64,000 bases of DNA, taken from positions 10,375 to 74,374 of the forward strand of contig JAFUTV010000027.1 in assembly GCA_017484125.1 (NCBI GenBank), written 5' to 3'. The first letter of the stretch is position 1; every line of letters starts with the position of its first letter. Source of the stretch: Bacilli bacterium. GTDB taxonomy: Bacteria > Bacillota_I > Bacilli_A > RF39 > UBA660. The position numbers and the translations under genes were made by a program. Below the pieces are notes generated by a model. The model worked only from the letters and a program-made list of their open reading frames with translations. It searched no databases and was not told where the DNA came from. Positions 41,413-51,794 of this stretch are shown here, piece by piece.

Positions 41413-41746
41413 TATTTAGCTCCTTTAATAAATTTTCAAAATTAGATAACAAGTCTTTATAATTAGATTCAAGACAAGCTCCTTTAATCATTATAATATA
41501 ATCTTTATTATTTTTAAATAAATTTTTATTAATATCAATTATATTTCTAGTAATTCTTTTATAATAATTTCTTAAATAAGCTTTTCCTAATTTTTTAGAT
41601 ATGGCAATTCCAAATCTCGAAAAATTATAATTAGACTTTCTATAATATATAACATAATATTTATTTTTAACATACTTACAATTATTTATAATATCAGTAA
41701 ATTCTTTATGTTGTTTAATTGTTTCAAATTTTTTCATAATAATCAC
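41396..41746 (-). CDS. rnpA: Ribonuclease P protein component
   Basis: Basic 116-aa protein immediately downstream of rpmH. Confidence 0.8.
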   Translation of the reverse strand: MIIMKKFETIKQHKEFTDIINNCKYVKNKYYVIYYRKSNYNFSRFGIAISKKLGKAYLRNYYKRITRNIIDINKNLFKNNKDYIIMIKGACLESNYKDLLSNFENLLKELNNEEKI

Positions 41747-41755
41747 CTATATAAT

Positions 41756-41781
41756 TAAGAAAAAACCACGTAATTGTGGTT
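41756..41781 (-). terminator. Hairpin/terminator immediately 3' of rpmH
   Basis: aaccac-gtaatt-gtggtt stem-loop overlapping the rpmH stop, with a short U-run in the minus transcript. Confidence 0.4.
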
Positions 41782-41903
41782 TATTTACAAATATTTTTAC
41801 GACCTTTTGCTCTTCTTTTATTTAAAATATTAGTTTCTTTTCTTGCAAAAAAACCATGTTTTTTAGCTTTTTTTCTATTATTTGGTTGATAAGTTCTTTT
41901 CAT
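41781..41903 (-). CDS. rpmH: 50S ribosomal protein L34
   Basis: Manual translation gives [40 protein letters not shown]. Not in the ORF track because it is below the size threshold. Confidence 0.85.
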   Translation of the reverse strand: MKRTYQPNNRKKAKKHGFFARKETNILNKRRAKGRKNICK

Positions 41904-42057
41904 AATTGCACCTCCACATCTAAAAACTTTGCATGGCTATTATACTATTATCAACAATTAAAAGTCAAGATAATGTGATAATAAATTAAATATTAACACA
42001 ATATAAACATACTTATAAACAAATTTTATTAAATAAATAAAGATATAAATATATTTT

Positions 42058-42197
42058 TGTTGATAATGTTAATAACCATATTAACAAATTATTAACTATG
42101 TTAATAAAAAAAATTGTGGATAATGTTGATAAATATTTAAAAATATTATAATATATATATCAATTTATAAATTATTGTGTTTATAACTTGTTGATAA
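42058..42197. promoter_or_regulatory. oriC DnaA-box cluster upstream of dnaA
   Basis: Perfect TGTGGATAA at 42115-42123. One-mismatch TGTTGATAA at 42058-66, 42124-32 and 42189-97. Additional TGTTAATAA variants. Very AT-rich surroundings. Confidence 0.6.
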
Positions 42198-42275
42198 TTT
42201 ATTTTTTGCAAATTTCTACTTGCAAATTTTATAATGTCCTTATACAATTGAGTTATAGACGGTAAAACAAGCGGG

Positions 42276-43655
42276 GTGATGATTTTGGTAGCGGATAAAA
42301 TATGGTCCGAATTTCTGTCTATTTTAAGTAGTAAAGATAGTCCAATTAATCCAATGACTTATAATACTTGGATTAAACCATTAGAACTTTATAAATTAGA
42401 TCAAGAAAATAACAAAATCATCATAAAAGTTCCTATGCCAGTGTACAAAACTATACTTAAGACTCACTGGTATGAAATTATTGAAAAAACTTTTTATGAT
42501 ATTACTAATATTACTTATGAAATATCTTTTATATTAGAAAATGAAATTATTGAAGAAAATTCTAATAATTTAATTGTAGATAACATTGAAATTATTGATA
42601 CTAAACCAAAATTTGATACTAATTTAAAAAAGGAATTTACTTTTGATACATATGTAATTGGAGAAACTAACAGATTTGCTAAAACAACTGCAATGACTGT
42701 TGCTCAACAACCAGGAATTGTATATAATCCTTTATTTATATATGGTAAATGTGGTGTTGGTAAAACTCATTTAATGCAAGCTATTGGTAACTATATTGTA
42801 GAAAATTCTAATTTAAATGTATTATATACATCATCAACAGTATTTAGAGATGATTATGTAAATATAACTAGTGGATCTAAGGATGATATTGTTAATAAAT
42901 CAAAATATTTTAAAAATAAATATTGGGATGTAGATGTTCTTATTATAGATGATATTCAATTTCTTGCTGGAGCAGAAAGAACTCAAGATGAATTTTTCCA
43001 AATATTTGAAGAGTTTATTAGTAAAAATAAACAATTAATTATTAGTTCTGATACTTCACCAAAGGATTTAAAAAGAATAGAGGAAAGATTAAAATCAAGA
43101 TTGACTTATTCTCTTCCTGTTGATATATTCCCACCTGATTTTGATTTAAAATGTAGAATTTTAAAAGAAAAACTTAAAAATTTTTCAATTAAAGATTTAA
43201 TAACTGAAGATGCTATTGAATATATTGCAAATTTATATGAAGGTGATATTAGACCATTTATTGGTGCAATTACTAGAATTGAAGCTTTTGCTGCAATGGA
43301 TGTGCCAAAAGTAATTGATTTAAAATTTGTAATGGATGCTTTAGGTGATGATGTTACTAAAAATATTTATTCAAATAGTAGTATATCTGTTATTCAAAAA
43401 GCTGTTGCTGATTATTATGAAATAACAGTTGATGCTATGAAAGGAAAGAAAAGAAGCAATGCAATAGCTTATCCTAGAATGCTTGCAATGTATTTAGCAA
43501 GAATGTTGACTGAAGATTCAACAACTAAGATTGGACTTGAATTTGGAGGAAGAGATCATTCAACTGTTATTCACGCAATTGAAAAGATAACTGAAGATTT
43601 AAAAGATAATAAAAAACTACAAGAAATAGTTAATGAAATAAAGATGAACATATAA
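42276..43655 (+). CDS. dnaA: Chromosomal replication initiator DnaA
   Basis: AAA+ Walker A GKCGVGKTHL, Walker B LIIDDIQF and a C-terminal DnaA-box-binding HTH. Start codon ambiguous (GTG 42276 or ATG 42279). Confidence 0.9.
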   Translation: MMILVADKIWSEFLSILSSKDSPINPMTYNTWIKPLELYKLDQENNKIIIKVPMPVYKTILKTHWYEIIEKTFYDITNITYEISFILENEIIEENSNNLIVDNIEIIDTKPKFDTNLKKEFTFDTYVIGETNRFAKTTAMTVAQQPGIVYNPLFIYGKCGVGKTHLMQAIGNYIVENSNLNVLYTSSTVFRDDYVNITSGSKDDIVNKSKYFKNKYWDVDVLIIDDIQFLAGAERTQDEFFQIFEEFISKNKQLIISSDTSPKDLKRIEERLKSRLTYSLPVDIFPPDFDLKCRILKEKLKNFSIKDLITEDAIEYIANLYEGDIRPFIGAITRIEAFAAMDVPKVIDLKFVMDALGDDVTKNIYSNSSISVIQKAVADYYEITVDAMKGKKRSNAIAYPRMLAMYLARMLTEDSTTKIGLEFGGRDHSTVIHAIEKITEDLKDNKKLQEIVNEIKMNI

Positions 43656-43795
43656 AATTATGGATAACTTGTTAATAAAATATTATTTATTAACATTAAT
43701 TTTTTAATTAAAATTTAATATTTATTAAAGTTATTAACATATTAACTCTATTATTATAATTATTATAAAAATAAATAAGAAAGAAGGAATGATTT
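43656..43795. promoter_or_regulatory. dnaA-dnaN intergenic oriC segment (DnaA box plus AT-rich unwinding element candidate)
   Basis: tatggataa at 43661-43669 is a one-mismatch DnaA box. It is followed by about 100 nt at over 85% AT with ttattaaca/ttaataaa repeats. Confidence 0.4.
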
Positions 43796-44911
43796 ATGAA
43801 ATTTACAATTGATAAAAGCATAATTTTAGAAAATATTATAGATGTAGTTAGAGCTATATCTTCTAAAAATATTATACCTATATTAAATGGAATTAAACTT
43901 GAATTAAATAAAGATGGTTTATATTTAACTGCTAGTGATTCTGAATTATTAATTAAAACATTAATTACTAAAGATAAGATTAAACATATAGATAATGAAG
44001 GAATAATTATTGTTCAAAGTGATAGAATTGTTGATATTATTAGAAATATGCCACAGGATGATATAAATTTTGAAGTATTAGAAGGTTATAAAATAAATAT
44101 TTCATCTGGTAATTCTAAATATAATTTAAATTGTTATGATCCTAGTGAATATCCTAATATAAAAATAGAAGAACATAAAAATCCTATAATAATTAATAGT
44201 AGTGTTATTAAAAAAATGGTATCTCAGACTGTATTTGCAATATCTACTCAAGAATTAAGACCTTTATTAACAGGTATAAATATTAAAATAACAGGTGACA
44301 TATTAGAATGTATAGCAACAGATTCTTATCGTTTAGCTAAGAAAACTATAAAATTAGATAAAGCTGTAGATGAAGATATAAATATTGTAATGCCTGGAAA
44401 AAATATTTTAGAACTTGATAAAATTATAGATGATGAAAATAATTTAGAAATACATATTTTTAATAATAAGATTATATTTAAATATAATGATTTAATATTC
44501 CAAAGTAATTTATTAGCAGGTGCTTATCCTAATACTACTAATTTAATACCTAATGAATTTTTAATAATATTAAATTCTAATTTAAGTGATTTTAATTCTG
44601 CAATAATAAGAGCTGCTTTACTTACTAATAGTAGAGATAAAAATATTATTAAAATGCACTTATCAAAAAATAACTTAACTATCTCTTCCATAGCAGAGCA
44701 AGGTTCTTCATCTGAACAACTTGAAGTAGAAAGTAATTATAATGAAGAATTTGATATATCATTTAGTGCAAGATATATGCTTGAAGCTTTAAAAACATTT
44801 AAAGATGAGCAAATATTAATATTATTAAATGGTGATACAAAACCTATAGTAATTAAATCCACTGAAGATGAATCATTAATTCAATTAATTTTACCAATTA
44901 AAACATATTAA
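43796..44911 (+). CDS. dnaN: DNA polymerase III beta sliding clamp
   Basis: 371 aa. Three-domain clamp. Canonical position after dnaA. Confidence 0.9.
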   Translation: MKFTIDKSIILENIIDVVRAISSKNIIPILNGIKLELNKDGLYLTASDSELLIKTLITKDKIKHIDNEGIIIVQSDRIVDIIRNMPQDDINFEVLEGYKINISSGNSKYNLNCYDPSEYPNIKIEEHKNPIIINSSVIKKMVSQTVFAISTQELRPLLTGINIKITGDILECIATDSYRLAKKTIKLDKAVDEDINIVMPGKNILELDKIIDDENNLEIHIFNNKIIFKYNDLIFQSNLLAGAYPNTTNLIPNEFLIILNSNLSDFNSAIIRAALLTNSRDKNIIKMHLSKNNLTISSIAEQGSSSEQLEVESNYNEEFDISFSARYMLEALKTFKDEQILILLNGDTKPIVIKSTEDESLIQLILPIKTY

Positions 44912-44924
44912 AATAAAAAAAATT

Positions 44925-44954
44925 AACAAATTTTTAAATAAATTTGTTTTTTTT
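44925..44954 (+). terminator. Rho-independent terminator of dnaN
   Basis: aacaaattt-ttaaata-aaatttgtt hairpin plus a T6 run. Confidence 0.5.
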
Positions 44955-44999
44955 GTTGATAAATTTATAGTTATCGACAAATATTGATAAATTTCGACA
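44954..44999. promoter_or_regulatory. DnaA-box-like and Spo0A-box-like motif cluster upstream of the comK-like gene
   Basis: TGTTGATAA at 44954-62, TTATCGACA at 44971-79 and TTCGACA (reverse complement of the 0A-box TGTCGAA) at 44993-99. Confidence 0.35.
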
Positions 45000-45034
45000 A
45001 TTAAATTTGATATATTCAAATTATTTCAAAGGGG

Positions 45035-45520
45035 GTGAAAAAAATGAGTAAGTATGAAGTAAACGAAGATACTTTTGCTGTTGTTCCAAAATCTAGTACT
45101 AAATCTATAATATATGAAAGAGATAATACTTATATTATAAATGAAAAAGTTAATAAGATAATGGAAGATAGTTGTGAATATTATGGATCTACATTTAAAG
45201 GAAGACAAGATGGATCTAAGTCTATACTTAAATTAACACATAAAATTCCAATTATTATTGAAGATTCTAGTGAATTAATATTTTTTCCAACTTCATCACC
45301 AAGAATTAAAGATTGTTCATGGATTAGTCTTAATAATATCGATTATTATGAACGATTTAATAATGGCACTAAAGTAGTATTTAAGGATGGAAAAGAATTA
45401 ATATTGGATGTATCTTATGGTATATTTAATAATCAAGTATTAAGATCATCAAGACTTCAATTATTAATTAATGATAGAAAAAAGCAAAAAAAGCAAAAAA
45501 ATACTAAAAAAACTAAATAA
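45035..45520 (+). CDS. ComK-family protein
   Basis: Aligns by eye to B. subtilis ComK: YEVNEDTFAVVP / YEVNGATIAVLP; YYGSTFKGRQDGS / FFGSSYAGRKAGT; LTHKIPIIIEDSSELIFFPTSSP / ISHKPPIMVDPSNQIFLFPTLSS; CSWISL / CGWIS; SYGIFNNQVLRSSRL / SYNSFENQVYRTAWL. RBS AAAGGGGGTGA. Confidence 0.7.
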   Translation: MKKMSKYEVNEDTFAVVPKSSTKSIIYERDNTYIINEKVNKIMEDSCEYYGSTFKGRQDGSKSILKLTHKIPIIIEDSSELIFFPTSSPRIKDCSWISLNNIDYYERFNNGTKVVFKDGKELILDVSYGIFNNQVLRSSRLQLLINDRKKQKKQKNTKKTK

Positions 45521-45536
45521 TTTGTGGTATAATTGT

Positions 45537-45566
45537 AATAGGTATGGGAGTATTATCATACCTATT
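45537..45566 (+). other. 10-bp-stem hairpin between an extended -10 element (TGgTATAAT 45525-45533) and recF
   Basis: aataggtatg-ggagtattat-catacctatt, followed by ATTTT. Could be the comK-like terminator or a leader structure for recF. Confidence 0.35.
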
Positions 45567-45599
45567 ATTTTAAATATTTGGCTTAAAAGAGGTTAATTT

Positions 45600-46691
45600 A
45601 TGCAAATTGCAGATTTAAAGTTACTTAATTTTAGAAATTATAATAAGTTGGAAGTATCATTTTCAAAAAATAATATTATTTATGGAAAAAATGGTATGGG
45701 AAAAACTAACTTAATTGAAGCTATTTATGTTCTTGCATTGACTAAAACTTTTAGAAGTAATAATGATAAGATTCTTATTAAAGAAGATAAAGAACAATCT
45801 AAAATATCTGGAAATATAATAGATGATATTAAAAAAAATTATCAAATAATTATTACTAAAAATGGAAAAAATGTAAAAATAGATAATAATAGTTATAAAA
45901 AAATTAGTGATTATATTTCAAATATTAAGGTAATTATTTTTAATCCAAATGATTTACAAATAATAAAAGATTCTCCAAGTATTAGACGAAAACTATTAAA
46001 TGTATCTATATCACAATTAGATAATAAATATTTAAAAATATTAAGTAGTTATAATAAAATATTAAAACAACGTAATTCTTATTTAAAAACTATGTATTTA
46101 AATTCTAATACTTCACAGGAATATTTAAATATACTAACTGATAAATTAATTGATTTAGGTACGCAAATATATGATTATAGAAATAATTATATAGATGAAA
46201 TAAATAAGTTAATAGATATTATTTATGAAAAGATATCTAATATAAAAGGTGTTAGTATTGAATATTTAAGTGATTTTAATAAATTAAAAAAAGAAGATAT
46301 TAAGAAAAAATATATAGAATTGCAAGAAAAGGATATGTTGTTTGGTATGACAAAATTTGGAGTACATCATGACGATTTATTGTTTAAGCTAAATAATAAA
46401 GAATTAAAAGAGTTTGGATCAGAAGGTCAACAAAAAAATGCAATTATTGCCTATAAATTATCTGAAATTAGTGTATTTAATGATAAGATTAATAAATTAC
46501 CTATATTATTATTAGATGATTTATTTAGTGAATTAGATAATGAAAAAATTAATAATATTTTAAATATTATTGATGATAAAATTCAAACTTTTATTACAAC
46601 TACTGAGATAGATAAAGTAAATAAAAATATTATAAATAATTCTAAAATATTTCATATTACAGAAAATGGTGTTGAGGAGGTTAAAATATGA
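45600..46691 (+). CDS. recF: DNA replication and repair protein RecF
   Basis: Walker [17 protein letters not shown]-type signature region and a C-terminal LLLDD Walker B. Confidence 0.9.
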   Translation: MQIADLKLLNFRNYNKLEVSFSKNNIIYGKNGMGKTNLIEAIYVLALTKTFRSNNDKILIKEDKEQSKISGNIIDDIKKNYQIIITKNGKNVKIDNNSYKKISDYISNIKVIIFNPNDLQIIKDSPSIRRKLLNVSISQLDNKYLKILSSYNKILKQRNSYLKTMYLNSNTSQEYLNILTDKLIDLGTQIYDYRNNYIDEINKLIDIIYEKISNIKGVSIEYLSDFNKLKKEDIKKKYIELQEKDMLFGMTKFGVHHDDLLFKLNNKELKEFGSEGQQKNAIIAYKLSEISVFNDKINKLPILLLDDLFSELDNEKINNILNIIDDKIQTFITTTEIDKVNKNIINNSKIFHITENGVEEVKI

Positions 46692-48607
46692 AAGATGAAG
46701 TAAATAATTATGGAGATAACGCGATTCAAGTATTAGAAGGACTAGAAGCAGTTAGAAAAAGACCAGGTATGTATATAGGAAATACTCATGTTGCTGGTTT
46801 ACATCATTTAGTTTGGGAAATTGTTGATAATGCTGTTGATGAAGCATTAGCTGGTTATTGCGATGATATTGAAGTTAGTATTGAACCGGGAAATATTGTA
46901 ACAGTTAAAGATGATGGACGTGGTATGCCAACTGGAATTAATGAAAAAACAGGTTTATCAACAATAGAAACAATTTTTACAGTATTACATGCTGGAGGTA
47001 AATTTGGTGGCGGAGGATATAAAGTATCTGGTGGATTACACGGTGTAGGTGCCTCTGTTGTTAATGCTTTATCTGATTTTTTAGAAGTATATGTTTATAG
47101 AGAAGGTGAAATTCATTTTCAAAGATTTGAAAATGGTGGAAAACCTGTTGAACCAATGAAAATAATTGGAGAATGTGATAAAAATAGAACAGGAACTACT
47201 GTTAAATTTCATCCAGATCCAACAATTTTTGAAACAACTGAATATGATTTTAATATTTTATCTAAAAGATTACAAGAAATGGCTTTCTTAAATAAAGGAA
47301 TAAAAATATTATTAACAGATTTAAGAGAAGAGCCAAAAAAAGAAGTAGAATATATTTATAATGGTGGAATTATTGAATATGTTAATATGTTAAATAAAAA
47401 TAATACAGTATTGCATCCAGATGTAATATTTGTTGAGGGTAAATCAGATGATATTTCTATTGAAGTAGCATGTCAATATAATACATCTTATCAATCTCAA
47501 ATATATTCATTTGCTAATAATATTCATACTCCAGAAGGTGGAACTCATGAAGATGGTGTTAAACAAGCACTTACTAGAGTAATTAATGCTTATGGAAAAA
47601 ATGCTAAAATATTAAAAGATAGTGATGAATCATTAACTGGTGAGGATGTAAGAGAAGGACTTACAATGATAATTTCTTGTAAACATCCAAATCCACAATT
47701 TGAAGGACAAACAAAAACTAAACTTGGAAATAGTGAGGTTAAAAAAATAGGTAGTGATATATTTGCTGAAGGATTTGAAAGATTTTTAATGGAAAATCCA
47801 GATCAAGCAAAATTAATTGTTGAAAAGTCTATTTTAGCATCTAATGCAAGAATTGCAGCAAAAAAAGCAAGAGAATTAACTAGAAGAAAGTCTGATTTAG
47901 ATGTTTCTAATTTCTATGGTAAACTAAGTGATTGTAAGAGTAAAGATCCTAAAGAATGTGAAATTTTCTTAGTCGAGGGAGATTCTGCTGGTGGATCTGC
48001 TAAAAAGGGTAGAGATTCTATGACTCAAGCAATATTACCACTTAGAGGTAAAATATTAAATGTTGAAAAGGCAAGACTTGATAGAGCTTTATCTAATGAA
48101 GAAATTAGAACTATAATTACAGCATTTGGTACTGGTATTGGTGATGATTTTGATTTATCTAAATTAAGATATGATAAGATTGTTATTATGACAGATGCAG
48201 ATGTGGATGGTAGTCATATTCGTGTCTTACTTTTAACTTTATTCTATCGTTTCTTTAAACCTATTGTTGAAGCAGGACATGTCTATGCAGCACAACCACC
48301 ACTTTTTAGTATTAAATATGGAAAAAATGTAACTTATGCACTAGATGAAGCTGAATTAAAAACTAAACTTTCGGAAATTCCAGGTAATGTTAAACCAATT
48401 ATTGGACGTATGAAAGGTTTAGGAGAAATGGATGCAGATGAATTATTTGATACTACAATGGATATAAATAAAAGAGTTTTAAGAAAAATTACAGTTGATG
48501 ATGCAATGGCTGCTGATGAAATATTTACAACTTTAATGGGTGAAGAAGTTGAACCTAGAAGAAAGTTTATAGAAGAGCATGCAGAATATGCAGATTTAGA
48601 TATATAG
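46688..48607 (+). CDS. gyrB: DNA gyrase subunit B
   Basis: GHKL ATPase, Toprim (EGDSAGG) and a C-terminal ...DLDI. Confidence 0.95.
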   Translation: MKDEVNNYGDNAIQVLEGLEAVRKRPGMYIGNTHVAGLHHLVWEIVDNAVDEALAGYCDDIEVSIEPGNIVTVKDDGRGMPTGINEKTGLSTIETIFTVLHAGGKFGGGGYKVSGGLHGVGASVVNALSDFLEVYVYREGEIHFQRFENGGKPVEPMKIIGECDKNRTGTTVKFHPDPTIFETTEYDFNILSKRLQEMAFLNKGIKILLTDLREEPKKEVEYIYNGGIIEYVNMLNKNNTVLHPDVIFVEGKSDDISIEVACQYNTSYQSQIYSFANNIHTPEGGTHEDGVKQALTRVINAYGKNAKILKDSDESLTGEDVREGLTMIISCKHPNPQFEGQTKTKLGNSEVKKIGSDIFAEGFERFLMENPDQAKLIVEKSILASNARIAAKKARELTRRKSDLDVSNFYGKLSDCKSKDPKECEIFLVEGDSAGGSAKKGRDSMTQAILPLRGKILNVEKARLDRALSNEEIRTIITAFGTGIGDDFDLSKLRYDKIVIMTDADVDGSHIRVLLLTLFYRFFKPIVEAGHVYAAQPPLFSIKYGKNVTYALDEAELKTKLSEIPGNVKPIIGRMKGLGEMDADELFDTTMDINKRVLRKITVDDAMAADEIFTTLMGEEVEPRRKFIEEHAEYADLDI

Positions 48608-48617
48608 GAGGTTTGAA

Positions 48618-51071
48618 ATGGATAATTTACAAAATAATAATATTGTTGATGAAGTTAGTAAATCATTTGTTGATTACTCTGTTAGTGTTATAACTGCACG
48701 TGCTATTCCAGACCTTAGAGATGGTCTAAAGCCTGTTCATAGACGTATTTTATATGGAATGTGGGAAGAAGGACATACATCTGATAAAATTCACGTTAAA
48801 TCAGCAAGAATTGTCGGAGATGTTATGGGTAAATATCATCCACATGGTGATTCTTCAATTTATGAAGCTATGGTAAGAATGGCTCAAGACTTTTCATATC
48901 GTTGTCCTTTAGTAGATGGACATGGTAATTTTGGTAATATGGATGGTGATGGTGCCGCAGCAATGCGTTATACAGAATCAAGATTATCAAAAATTAGTAA
49001 CGAAATGCTTAGAGATATTAATAAAGATACTGTAAATATGGTTCCAAACTTTGATGAAACAGAAAAAGAACCTGAAGTATTACCTTCAAGATTTCCAAAT
49101 GTTTTAGTAAATGGAACTACAGGAATTGCAGTAGGAATGGCAACAAATATTCCTCCACATAATTTAGGAGAAGTAATAGATGGTTGTGTAGCTTATATTG
49201 ATAATCCTGAAATTGATACTTTAGGATTAATGCAATATATAAAGGGACCAGATTTTCCAACTGGTGGAATAATACTCGGAAATTCTGGAATTAAGAAAGC
49301 ATATGAAACAGGTAGAGGTATTATTACTGTAAGAGCTAGAGCTGAAATTCAAGAACATGCTGGTAGATATCAAATTGTTGTTAGTGAGGTTCCATACGGA
49401 GTAAATACTTTAGATTTAAAAAATAAAGTTGCTGAACTTGTTCATAATAAAGTATTAGAAGGTATATCAGATTATCACTCTGATTTAAAACATGGACAAA
49501 TAACAATATCTTTAAAAAAAGATGCTAATGCTCAAGTAGTTTTAAATAATTTGTATAAACATACTGATTTTCAAACTAGTTATGGAATAATTCTTTTAAT
49601 GATCGATAATAAGGTACCTAAAACTTTAGGATTAAAAGATATTATTGCTAAATACATTCATTTTCAAAGAGAAGTTATTGTAAGAAGAACTCAATATGAT
49701 TTAAAGAGATTTGAAGAAAGAGCTCACATTTTAGAAGGTTTAAAAATAGCAATTGATAATATTGACGAAGTAGTAAAAATAATTCGTGGTTCAAAGACTG
49801 ATGAAGAAGCTCAAAAAACATTAGGTGAAAGATTTGGACTTGATGATGTTCAAACTAATGCAATATTAGAAATGAAGTTAAGAAGATTAACTCATATGTC
49901 TAAGGATCAAATTGATGATGAATTAAAAGATTTACTTGCAAAAATAGATGAATGTAAGAGTATTTTGGCAAGTGAAGAAAAAATTTATGGCATTATTAAA
50001 CAGGAATTATTAGAAATAAAAGAAAAATATGCTGATGAAAGAAGAACAGAAATTGATATGACTGCTGTAGATTTTATTGAAGATGAATCATTAATTCCTG
50101 AAGAAAATGTAATGATTACATTATCTAATAAAGGATATATTAAGAGAACTACTGCAGATACATTTAGAGTTCAAAATCGAGGTGGCGTAGGAGTTAAAGG
50201 AATGGCCATTAATGATGAAGATTTTGTACAACAAATAATTAATATGTCAACACATGATTATTTAATGATATTTACTAGTCATGGTAAGGTATATCGTCTT
50301 AAAGGATATGAAATTCCTGAATTTGGAAGACAATCTAAGGGATTACCAATAATTAATCTAATTCCAATAGAAAAAGATGAAATAGTAAGTAGTGTTATTT
50401 CTGTTGGTAAAGATGAAAAAGAAAAATCATTAGTATTTGTTACAAAAAATGGTATAGTTAAGAAGACTGCACTTTCTGAATATGAAAATATTAGAAGATC
50501 TGGAAAAATTGCTCTATCATTAAAGGAAGATGATGAATTATTAACAGTTAGAATAGCTAATAATGATGAATTTATATTGTTAGGTACTAGTGAGGGAAGA
50601 TTAGTTAAATTTAACGAAAATAAATTAAGAAATATGGGTAGAACTGCAACTGGAGTAAAAGGAGTTAATTTATCTTCTGGTGGATTATGTATTTGTGCTG
50701 ATGTTGCTAAGGATGAAGATAAAATATTATTAATTACAGACAAAGGATTTGGAAAGCAAACATTTGTTCGTGAATATAGAGAAACTAGTAGAGGATCAAA
50801 AGGTGTTAAAGCTTTAAATTTAACAGCTAAGAATGGTGAATTATGTACATTCCAAATTGTAGGTGATAAAACAGATGCTGTTATTATTACTGATAGTGGA
50901 ACAGTAATGAGAATGCCTATAAGTCAAATTTCTACACTAGGACGTGTTACTCAAGGTGTAAGATTAATTAATTTAAAAAATGATCAAAAAGTATCTAGTA
51001 TGTGTTTGATTGTTAATGATGATGAAACATCTGAAGAAGAAAATAGTACTGTTGATTCTAATAATGATTAA
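48618..51071 (+). CDS. gyrA: DNA gyrase subunit A
   Basis: Active-site region AAMRYTE and a QRDR-like HPHGDSS. C-terminal beta-pinwheel repeats. Confidence 0.95.
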   Translation: MDNLQNNNIVDEVSKSFVDYSVSVITARAIPDLRDGLKPVHRRILYGMWEEGHTSDKIHVKSARIVGDVMGKYHPHGDSSIYEAMVRMAQDFSYRCPLVDGHGNFGNMDGDGAAAMRYTESRLSKISNEMLRDINKDTVNMVPNFDETEKEPEVLPSRFPNVLVNGTTGIAVGMATNIPPHNLGEVIDGCVAYIDNPEIDTLGLMQYIKGPDFPTGGIILGNSGIKKAYETGRGIITVRARAEIQEHAGRYQIVVSEVPYGVNTLDLKNKVAELVHNKVLEGISDYHSDLKHGQITISLKKDANAQVVLNNLYKHTDFQTSYGIILLMIDNKVPKTLGLKDIIAKYIHFQREVIVRRTQYDLKRFEERAHILEGLKIAIDNIDEVVKIIRGSKTDEEAQKTLGERFGLDDVQTNAILEMKLRRLTHMSKDQIDDELKDLLAKIDECKSILASEEKIYGIIKQELLEIKEKYADERRTEIDMTAVDFIEDESLIPEENVMITLSNKGYIKRTTADTFRVQNRGGVGVKGMAINDEDFVQQIINMSTHDYLMIFTSHGKVYRLKGYEIPEFGRQSKGLPIINLIPIEKDEIVSSVISVGKDEKEKSLVFVTKNGIVKKTALSEYENIRRSGKIALSLKEDDELLTVRIANNDEFILLGTSEGRLVKFNENKLRNMGRTATGVKGVNLSSGGLCICADVAKDEDKILLITDKGFGKQTFVREYRETSRGSKGVKALNLTAKNGELCTFQIVGDKTDAVIITDSGTVMRMPISQISTLGRVTQGVRLINLKNDQKVSSMCLIVNDDETSEEENSTVDSNND

Positions 51072-51074
51072 AAA

Positions 51075-51097
51075 AGCGAGTTATACTCGTTTTTTTA
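51075..51097 (+). terminator. Rho-independent terminator of gyrA
   Basis: gcgagt-tat-actcg hairpin plus a T7 run. Confidence 0.55.
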
Positions 51098-51130
51098 TTG
51101 ATTAAATAAATTAATAATGTTATCATATTG

Positions 51131-51209
51131 TAGTGCAACAAGCATATTGTAACCTGGTCAGAGTAGGAATACAGCAGCCACATCAATCTCTACTTGTGTG
51201 CACTTTTTT
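51131..51209 (+). ncRNA. ffs: Signal recognition particle RNA (short 4.5S-type)
   Basis: Domain IV-like core CCUGGUCAGAGUAGGAAUACAGCAGCCA (GGAA tetraloop, AGCAGCC), closed by the terminal helix GUGCAACAAG/CUUGUGUGCAC, then a U6 run. Same neighbourhood (tadA-scr-dnaX) as in Bacillus. Confidence 0.55.
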
Positions 51210-51225
51210 AATTTTTATAATAATA

Positions 51226-51243
51226 ATGTTTCACGTGAAACAT
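51226..51243. repeat. 18-bp perfect palindrome ATGTTTCACGTGAAACAT (copy 1)
   Basis: Exact copy of the 18-mer. Four identical copies lie within 51226-52830. Confidence 0.8.
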
Positions 51244-51278
51244 TATTATTATAATAGAAAGTAGTGAAATATATATCA

Positions 51279-51296
51279 ATGTTTCACGTGAAACAT
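51279..51296. repeat. 18-bp perfect palindrome ATGTTTCACGTGAAACAT (copy 2), 3 nt upstream of the tadA start
   Basis: Exact copy of the 18-mer. Confidence 0.8.
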
Positions 51297-51299
51297 ATC

Positions 51300-51710
51300 A
51301 TGAATAAATATTATAAAATATTATATAAATTAGCTTTAAAATCATATAAAAGGAATGAAGTGCCTGTCGGAGCAATCATTATTTATAATAATAAAATTAT
51401 TGGAAAAGGTTATAATAATCGACAATCAAAATCAAATGTATGTGGTCATGCTGAAGTAAACGCAATTATTGATGCAGAAAAACATTTAAATGATTGGAGA
51501 TTAAATGATTGTATAATAATAACAACTTTAAAACCATGTAATATGTGTTATGAAATTATTATGGCATCTAGAATTAATAAAATTTATTATATTTTAAATC
51601 AAGAAAAAACAAGTTATAAATCAAACTCAATTATAAAATTAGATGAAAATAATGAATTTGTAGAAAAAATTAATAATATTTTTAATAATTTTTTTAAAAA
51701 AATAAGATAG
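51300..51710 (+). CDS. tadA: tRNA-specific adenosine deaminase (CDA-fold zinc deaminase)
   Basis: CGHAEVNAI and PCNMC zinc-ligand motifs. Likely start MNKYYKIL at 51300 rather than the track's 51264. Confidence 0.7.
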   Translation: MNKYYKILYKLALKSYKRNEVPVGAIIIYNNKIIGKGYNNRQSKSNVCGHAEVNAIIDAEKHLNDWRLNDCIIITTLKPCNMCYEIIMASRINKIYYILNQEKTSYKSNSIIKLDENNEFVEKINNIFNNFFKKIR

Positions 51711-51714
51711 ATTA

Positions 51715-51732
51715 ATGTTTCACGTGAAACAT
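51715..51732. repeat. 18-bp perfect palindrome ATGTTTCACGTGAAACAT (copy 3), 5 nt after the tadA stop
   Basis: Exact copy of the 18-mer. Confidence 0.8.
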
Positions 51733-51794
51733 TAATTTTTCTTAATAAATATAGTATTTTATGTTATAATTATTAAGAAAGGTGGGCTTTTTTT

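Noticed and set aside
50279-50743. 154-aa minus-strand ORF inside gyrA.
   Set aside because: Antisense to gyrA. The Ser/Leu/Asn-rich translation is typical of a codon-bias shadow frame.
51226-51243. Palindrome as a CcpA cre, LexA Cheo box, TnrA, Rex or Fur-family operator.
   Set aside because: Half-sites do not match those consensuses. The element matches parS (TGTTNCACGTGAAACA) instead.
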